DNA from: Candidatus Nanohaloarchaea archaeon
GTDB lineage: Archaea > Nanohalarchaeota > Nanosalinia > Nanosalinales > Nanosalinaceae
Reading direction: 5' to 3'
DNA length: 11,754 nucleotides
Assembly (NCBI GenBank): GCA_042217695.1
Contig: JBDGSE010000037.1
Span: 1 to 11,754 of the forward strand
Shown: one piece after another, positions 6,630-11,754 of the stretch
How positions within the stretch are numbered: position 1 is the first letter of the stretch
Layout: each line of letters starts with the position of its first letter
Made by a program: the position numbers and the translations under genes
Notes under the pieces: model-generated
The model's database searches: none
Told to the model about the DNA's origin: nothing
What the model saw: the letters and a program-made list of their open reading frames with translations, nothing else

Positions 6630-7523
6630 ATGGCCATAATAGTTGACGAAGACACGAAGGTGTTGGTACAGGGGATAACCGGGAGGGAGGCATCGGAAAA
6701 AGTCCCGGAGATGCTGGATTACGGGACCGATGTGCTGGCGGGCGTCACCCCGGGCAAGGGCGGACAGGAGGTCTCAGGCGTCCCGGTATACGATACCGTG
6801 TCGGAGGCCCTGAAGGAACACCCCAGGATAAACACCTCCCTGGTCTACGTCCCCCCCTTCGCGGCGAAGGACGCTATATTTGAATCACTGGAGAACGGTA
6901 TAGAGACCCTGAACGTCATCACCGAACGGATACCCACGAGGGATGCGTGGGAGATACACCGGGAGGCAGAGCGAAAAAACGCCACCGTCGTGGGCCCTAC
7001 CTCTGTCGGGATAATATCGCCCGGAAAATGCAAGCTGGGGCCTATAGGCGGGAACGAACCAGAGCGCGTCTACCGCGAGGGCAGGGTCGGCGTGATATCC
7101 AAGTCCGGCGGCATGACCACCGAAACGTCCTGGGTGGTGCGCCAGGCAGGCTTCGGGGTCTCAACCGCGGTCGGGCTGGGAGGCGACGTGATAGCAGGCA
7201 CAACTTTCGAGGACGCCCTTAAGATGTTTGAAGAGGACGACCAGACCGACGCGGTCGTGCTGTTCGGCGAGTTAGGCGGGACCTACGAGGAAAAAGCCGC
7301 CGAACTTCTCGACTCCGGAGATTTCTCCAAGCCACTTGTTGCGTTCGTGGCGGGGAAGTTCACCGAGGACATGCCTGAAAAGAAGTACGGCCACGCAGGA
7401 GCCATCATCCGGGGCGACAGAGGCAAACCCTCCGGCAAGGTAGAGGCTCTGAGGGATGCCGGGGCGCACGTGGCGGACGTCCACCACGAGATAGGCGAGA
7501 AGCTGAAGGAAGTGCTGGACTAA
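6630..7523 (+). CDS. Citryl-CoA synthetase small subunit (SucD-like CoA-binding/phosphohistidine subunit)
   Basis: [20 protein letters not shown]...GII.PG, SKSGG.T.E, GLGGD, GE.GG..EE and GHAGA (phospho-His). SD GGAGG at 6617-6621. ATG directly follows the HAD stop codon. Confidence 0.9.
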   Translation: MAIIVDEDTKVLVQGITGREASEKVPEMLDYGTDVLAGVTPGKGGQEVSGVPVYDTVSEALKEHPRINTSLVYVPPFAAKDAIFESLENGIETLNVITERIPTRDAWEIHREAERKNATVVGPTSVGIISPGKCKLGPIGGNEPERVYREGRVGVISKSGGMTTETSWVVRQAGFGVSTAVGLGGDVIAGTTFEDALKMFEEDDQTDAVVLFGELGGTYEEKAAELLDSGDFSKPLVAFVAGKFTEDMPEKKYGHAGAIIRGDRGKPSGKVEALRDAGAHVADVHHEIGEKLKEVLD

Positions 7524-7560
7524 CCGGGACTATTTCAATATCTTTACCCCACTGTTCCAC

Positions 7561-8262
7561 ATGACAGACTGGAAGACCTCGATCTCTTCCTCGGGAGAAG
7601 ACGCTGTTGTACGCGGAGTCCCGCAGGAAGAGGTCATGGAGATGGATTTCGCCGACGCCATCTGGCTTTTACTGACAGGGGAGAAGCCCTCGGAGGATGA
7701 GTCAGAACTCTTCAACACCGTACTGTCATCAAGCATCGACCACGGCGTCGGGAACCCCTCGACCGTAGCATCGAGGACCGTGCAGAGCGGCGGCAACGGG
7801 ATGAACACCTCGGTCGGCGCCGGGATACTCGCGCTGGGAGACCTCCACGGCGGAGCCATCGAGGACTGCATGGCGATGCTTCAACAGGAGAAAGACCCTG
7901 AGGACATAGTCGAGGAACGGCTCGAATCCGGCGACAGGATCCCCGGGATCGGCCACAAGGTCTACGATGACGAGGATCCCCGGGCCAGGAAGATAATCGA
8001 GAAAGCGGAGGACCTGGGGCTCGATGGAGAATACACAGAAAAGATGAGGTCTGTCCGGGAAACGTTCGCGGAGGAAAAAGTCGAGCTGGTGATGAACGTG
8101 GACGGCGCAATCGCCGCGGTGATGTCAGACCTTGACTGGGACCACCGACTGGGTAAAGGCCTCTTCATAATCGCAAGGACTCCCGGACTCGTCGCGCATG
8201 TGAGAGAGGAGATGGACGAAGACCCGTTCCGGCGTGAAGACGGGGAATACACCGGAGACTAG
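7561..8262 (+). CDS. ccl: Citryl-CoA lyase (citrate-synthase-like fold)
   Basis: 233 aa, WKTSIS start, DHG..PS, LHGGA, IPGIGH..Y...DPRA, NVDGAIAA and ARTPGLVAH.REE. Too short for a full citrate synthase. Confidence 0.88.
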   Translation: MTDWKTSISSSGEDAVVRGVPQEEVMEMDFADAIWLLLTGEKPSEDESELFNTVLSSSIDHGVGNPSTVASRTVQSGGNGMNTSVGAGILALGDLHGGAIEDCMAMLQQEKDPEDIVEERLESGDRIPGIGHKVYDDEDPRARKIIEKAEDLGLDGEYTEKMRSVRETFAEEKVELVMNVDGAIAAVMSDLDWDHRLGKGLFIIARTPGLVAHVREEMDEDPFRREDGEYTGD

Positions 8263-8546
8263 CCGAGCTGCTCCCTGAGTTCCTCCGGGAGCTCCAGGTC
8301 CACATCGCCGTACTCGTCCTCGATGGCACGGGCGGACAGCGCGTATGCAACCGGCCCCATAACATTGTTGAACTGTTCGAGGATATCCTCCAGCGCTTTC
8401 TCACCGTTATCCACAGAGATCACCTCTCCGTCCTCGTCCAGTTCCACCTCCCCGGACTTGTTGGCCTGTGCCACGACGAAGTTCTTTCCCTGCGTGTCTA
8501 TGAGTTTCTGAACCACCACATTTATGATGTCCGCGTAGTCTGTCAT
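8259..8546 (-). CDS. Small acidic helical hypothetical protein (95 aa) translationally coupled to the FIST gene
   Basis: ATGA overlap with the upstream FIST gene (8543-8546). Acidic composition like the other cytoplasmic proteins. Confidence 0.8.
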   Translation of the reverse strand: MTDYADIINVVVQKLIDTQGKNFVVAQANKSGEVELDEDGEVISVDNGEKALEDILEQFNNVMGPVAYALSARAIEDEYGDVDLELPEELREQLG

Positions 8547-9721
8547 TGTCCTAGCACCTGTATCGATGCTGTTTCCTCATGGAAGCGGGGACGTCCGTTG
8601 CTGGTGGCGATCTGTCCGTAGGCGAACAGCCCCACCACCGGGGTGTCCTCCCCGACTTCCTCCTTTATCCTCTCCACTTCTTCCCGGGTCAGCTCCATAT
8701 CGTCGTAGACAGCGTGCCTGCCGGCACAGCTGAACACGAGGGCGGCATCCACCTCTTCTTTCTCCAGACCGGCGTTCTCTCTTGCCTCTCTCGCCGCCCG
8801 TCCGGCGGCATCCAGGAGCCGGGGTTTCTCCGCCCGCATAAGGTGGACCTCCAAGTTTTCCTTCACGGGAGCTCCCAGGCTGAAGCACCCGTCCTCATCG
8901 ATGTCGAGCGCGACCCTTAACTGGGGTTCCTCCTCTCCCAGGTCTATCCCCATCGGGGTCATGAGCAGAAAGCCCGGGTCCTGGGCGTTTTCCTCGCCGT
9001 AGATCTCGCTGTAAACTGTCAGAGGCCTTTCGCCGTCGAGCTCTCTGAGGTAGGTGGCGTCGGCATCCGTTATCTCATACGTGCTGGGTGTTTTCCGGAA
9101 CCCGTGGGCCTTGTCGCCACCGACTTTACCATCCCAGTCCACCACGGAGCAGACCACCGCGTCCTCCATGACCTCTCCATCGTAAAACACGTAGGTATGC
9201 TCGAAGCTGAGGTCGTCGCCCGCGAACTGGCCTGCGGTGGAGAAACCGTGTCCCAGGTAGTCAGTTATCCCGTCCAGGACGTGGACTCCGTGGCCGTGCA
9301 GGGCATCCGCGAATATGTTCACAAGTACATCTCTTTCATGGGTGCCGTCCTGCCTGAGCACGTACGGGGATATATCCTTTTCCAGGCCCTGGAAGGCCTC
9401 TTTGATGGCCTCCCTGCCTGCGTTGTAGCTGTGGTCGCTGAGTCCCTTCCCTATACCGATGGAAGCGTCCACGCCGTGGAACCCTGCCGCGACCACGGAA
9501 CCGGTTTCAGCCCCTTCAGCGATCTCCACGGTGCTCGAGGCCCCGATCACCGGTGTGTCGCCGGCGGCGTCTCCGGCCCCGGCCACTACCTCCTCCATGT
9601 CGTGGTCCGTGGATGAGAATACATAGACCAGGTCGGCGTTCTCTCCGCCGGCCTCTTCTACAGCTTTTTTGCCCGCCTCAAATGAGTCTCCGGCTTCCGC
9701 CTTTCCAACGTCAAGACCCAT
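8543..9721 (-). CDS. Stand-alone FIST N+C domain protein (392 aa)
   Basis: VIGASS..EI, AGDDLSFEHTY, ELDG.RP..VY, P.G, FSCAGR...E and GLFAYGQI...FH..T motifs. Confidence 0.92.
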   Translation of the reverse strand: MGLDVGKAEAGDSFEAGKKAVEEAGGENADLVYVFSSTDHDMEEVVAGAGDAAGDTPVIGASSTVEIAEGAETGSVVAAGFHGVDASIGIGKGLSDHSYNAGREAIKEAFQGLEKDISPYVLRQDGTHERDVLVNIFADALHGHGVHVLDGITDYLGHGFSTAGQFAGDDLSFEHTYVFYDGEVMEDAVVCSVVDWDGKVGGDKAHGFRKTPSTYEITDADATYLRELDGERPLTVYSEIYGEENAQDPGFLLMTPMGIDLGEEEPQLRVALDIDEDGCFSLGAPVKENLEVHLMRAEKPRLLDAAGRAAREARENAGLEKEEVDAALVFSCAGRHAVYDDMELTREEVERIKEEVGEDTPVVGLFAYGQIATSNGRPRFHEETASIQVLGQ

Positions 9722-9745
9722 ACATGTTTTATGTCGGTCCCTGTT

Positions 9746-9788
9746 CTTAAATCACGATAATACAGACTTCGATGCCGGGGACTTTAAC
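9746..9788. promoter_or_regulatory. Divergent TATA boxes for leaderless genes starting at 9721 (-) and 9811 (+)
   Basis: Minus-strand TTTAAG (9751-9746) and plus-strand TTTAAC (9783-9788), each 23-30 nt from the respective ATG. Confidence 0.6.
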
Positions 9789-9810
9789 TGCGGGATCTCA
9801 ATTAAGAGGT

Positions 9811-10119
9811 ATGGACGCCGACAGGTTCAGGTCGAAACTGGGGGATGTCGCGGTCGCGAAGGACCACGTCGAACGTGAGAGATCGGACGCAGAAGAATGG
9901 GAGATAATCGAGAGGAACTTCTCGGAGAAGAGGCTCGCGGACCATGTAAAGTTCTCGAAGATAGAAGGTATAGAGTACGAGGATAACTCCATCTTCCCGA
10001 ACATAGTCCTGGAAACCAGAGACGGGCAGAAGAGGCTTTTCTTCCTGGTCGGCGACCGCGGAAGAGAATGCTTCAAACGGCTGCGGTACCGGCTGAACGC
10101 TTTCAGGGAGTCCTACTGA
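9811..10119 (+). CDS. Hypothetical protein (102 aa), possible PH-like fold
   Basis: Alternating beta-strand pattern (VKFSKIEGIEY, IVLET, LFF) followed by a C-terminal helix. ATG 9811 is chosen by TATA spacing. Confidence 0.65.
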   Translation: MDADRFRSKLGDVAVAKDHVERERSDAEEWEIIERNFSEKRLADHVKFSKIEGIEYEDNSIFPNIVLETRDGQKRLFFLVGDRGRECFKRLRYRLNAFRESY

Positions 10120-10616
10120 GGCGAGGCGCAGTGAGGACAGTAGTCCCAGCCCGGTTCTATCAATCTCTCACAGCTGTCGCATAACTCCCTTACCTGGTTG
10201 CCGCATTCCGGACAGGCAAGCCAGTCCTCCTCTATCTCGTGCCCGCACTCCGGGCATTCTCCTGTAGACACATCACTTCCCCTGGAACGCCGGTTTATCA
10301 TCTCCTGGATATCTTTCGGCGAGTCGATGGCATTGAACCTCATCTCCACGCCCTGGCCGCCGGCCGTCGATATATCCACGTTGCCGTAGCCGAAGTACTT
10401 CCCCAGGATATCCTGCGAGAAGGACGTGTTCTGGACCTTGTCGAAACCTATCTTCTGGACGTTCCGGGAGAACAGGCCTGTCTTCTTGTAGAGGCCCTGG
10501 TTCGTCACCACGAAATCCGTTATCTCCAGGCCGATGATCCTCTGAAGCCGCGGGTTACCATGCCACAGAACCTCTTCATCGTCGTCCAGCGTAAGCCAGT
10601 CAAAATCTTCCGTCAT
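10113..10616 (-). CDS. Bacterial-type PH domain (bPH_2-like) + double zinc ribbon protein
   Basis: E.VLW.G.P, FVVTN....K.GLFSR....I...KVQ...F.Q..LG..FGYGNV.I.TAGG. Four CxxC pairs (CPEC, CPEC, CDSC, CPHC). Confidence 0.88.
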   Translation of the reverse strand: MTEDFDWLTLDDDEEVLWHGNPRLQRIIGLEITDFVVTNQGLYKKTGLFSRNVQKIGFDKVQNTSFSQDILGKYFGYGNVDISTAGGQGVEMRFNAIDSPKDIQEMINRRSRGSDVSTGECPECGHEIEEDWLACPECGNQVRELCDSCERLIEPGWDYCPHCASPQ

Positions 10617-10657
10617 AAAGGCAGTTACTCATACCTCTTGAAATAGATGACCCGTCG

Positions 10658-10675
10658 AATAAAAAAAGAAAGAGG
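10658..10675 (-). terminator. Oligo-T archaeal terminator
   Basis: Minus strand reads TAA CCTCTTTCTTTTTTTATT immediately after the stop codon of 10676..11161. Confidence 0.6.
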
Positions 10676-11161
10676 TTACTGTCCGGACTTCCATAACAGG
10701 TAGAACCCGTACGAGACCACGGCGAAACCGAAGGCAGAGAGTCCGTGGAAGAAGACGTACCAGAAGCTGGGTGCCACACCCCACGAAGGCAGGTGTCCCA
10801 GGGAGAACTCCTGGAAATGCCAGTAGAGATGAGGTATGTAGAGCAGGAACTCCATCACCAGCCCTACAGCGATTATCTCGAAGTAACGCGCCAGCTCGCC
10901 GCCGTAAAATCTTCTCGCCCGGTAAAGGAATGCTATGGCGAAAGGCAGCGGTATAGCGGGCAGATAACCCATGAGCATCTCGGCGTTTCTGCCCAGAATA
11001 CCTGTCATGCCCGCGGCTGCAGCTAAAAGCCCCAGCAGCACACCGAACCCGGCGACCATCCAGGCCTCCCGGTCGGAGTCAGCCGAGCGCAGTATGTAGG
11101 CTGCAGCAGCGGCAGAGACCAGTATAGAGGCGTAAAACACGTATACCGCGACACCGGTCAT
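10676..11161 (-). CDS. Hypothetical membrane protein (~5 TM), paralog of 11158..11544
   Basis: Hydrophobic helices. Shares YR....GG, IPHxxxH, FF(x)H.L and V.YG.Y..W motifs with its neighbour. ATGA-coupled. Confidence 0.8.
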   Translation of the reverse strand: MTGVAVYVFYASILVSAAAAAYILRSADSDREAWMVAGFGVLLGLLAAAAGMTGILGRNAEMLMGYLPAIPLPFAIAFLYRARRFYGGELARYFEIIAVGLVMEFLLYIPHLYWHFQEFSLGHLPSWGVAPSFWYVFFHGLSAFGFAVVSYGFYLLWKSGQ

Positions 11162-11544
11162 ACTTTACCACCTCTCCAGAACCGGTAGGCGCCGTAGGCG
11201 ACCATGACAAACGCCCAGGCCGCCAGCACGTGCTGGAAGAAGTATACCGGCAGATACCTGTAACCAGCTATATGGGCCATCACATGGGGTATCAGCGTGA
11301 CAGTGTAGTAAAGTACGCCGGCACCCATGACCGCGATAGCCTTACCCATCCTGCCTCCCAGGACCTGGCTGCCCCGGTAAACGAAGAAGGCTGTAGCAAG
11401 TCCGAAGACAGTGGAGAAACCGTCCAGCAGTGTTTCAACCATCCTGGGCCACTGCATGGCGTAGGCCAGGTAGGCAAACACGAGTACACCGACGACTCCT
11501 CCACCGATGATGTATCCGTCCCGTTTCTCAAGGTTCAGGGACAT
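11158..11544 (-). CDS. Hypothetical membrane protein (~4 TM)
   Basis: Hydrophobic helices. Minus-strand TATA box TTTTATAC at 11574-11567 fits a leaderless ATG 11544. Confidence 0.8.
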   Translation of the reverse strand: MSLNLEKRDGYIIGGGVVGVLVFAYLAYAMQWPRMVETLLDGFSTVFGLATAFFVYRGSQVLGGRMGKAIAVMGAGVLYYTVTLIPHVMAHIAGYRYLPVYFFQHVLAAWAFVMVAYGAYRFWRGGKV

Positions 11545-11673
11545 ATTGAAAGATTTACTAATACAGGTATAAAAGGTTTACAGTCAGGCCGCAAAAAACC
11601 TCGAGAAATCCGGTTTAAACCCTCAAATCCTGGAAGAAACACCTTGCCTCTCAAGGATCAAATGCCGGGTCAA

Positions 11674-11744
11674 GCAAATCGAAGATTTGCGGCCGAAGCA
11701 CTACTTGCTTCTAAGAGCAAGTTCTGAAGAAGAGAACTTGCGGC
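11674..11744. repeat. Hairpin cluster with TTGCGGC direct repeat next to a tRNA 3' end
   Basis: GCAAATC-gaa-GATTTGC (11674-11690), GAAGCA-ctact-TGCTTC (11695-11711) and GCAAGTTCT-7nt-AGAACTTGC (11717-11741). TTGCGGC occurs at 11687 and 11738. Confidence 0.75.
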
Positions 11745-11754
11745 TGCCGGGATT
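11739..11754 (-). tRNA. 3' end of a tRNA (or tRNA-end duplicate) truncated by the window; acceptor resembles tRNA-Gly
   Basis: Reverse complement AAT CCCGG CAGCCGC A = end of T-loop, T-stem 3' strand, 7-nt acceptor 3' strand and discriminator. Identity cannot be confirmed without the anticodon. Confidence 0.6.

Noticed and set aside
4847..8262. Succinyl-CoA synthetase plus citrate synthase annotation
   Set aside because: The large subunit has ACL-type rather than SucC motifs, and the third protein has citryl-CoA lyase size and motifs.
11612..11656. GGTTTAAACC palindrome and CCTTG/CAAGG hairpin as specific operators
   Set aside because: Short and single-copy. They may belong to the tRNA-flank hairpin cluster but cannot be assigned a function.
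187..11739. Whole window as a tRNA-integrated genomic island
   Set aside because: The two ends are different tRNA sequences, there is no matching att pair or integrase, and gene composition is uniform.

Overview
Compact, GC-rich archaeal chromosomal segment with Glu-rich acidic proteins and TATA boxes about 25-30 nt upstream of mostly leaderless starts. It is most consistent with a halophilic DPANN lineage such as Nanohaloarchaeota (inference). It runs from a tRNA-Leu(GAG) on the minus strand to the 3' end of a second, Gly-like tRNA at the right edge. Coding content: a cofactor-salvage block (ECF-type S component, DUF4430 surface protein, domain-permuted lipoate ligase, PduO adenosyltransferase); an orphan CheD-like protein; two stand-alone FIST proteins, one coupled to a 95-aa helical protein; a three-gene split ATP-citrate-lyase system with an inserted 23-codon mini-ORF and a HAD hydrolase; two PH-type proteins; and two paralogous His-conserved membrane proteins. 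The most unusual signal is non-coding. Both tRNAs are abutted by short hairpin-rich units that duplicate tRNA termini and share a CGAAGC-loop-GCTTCTA hairpin. tRNA-Leu also has a ~102-bp upstream tandem unit with a compensatory base-pair change. Together these suggest an undescribed tRNA-anchored miniature element or structured leader/trailer.
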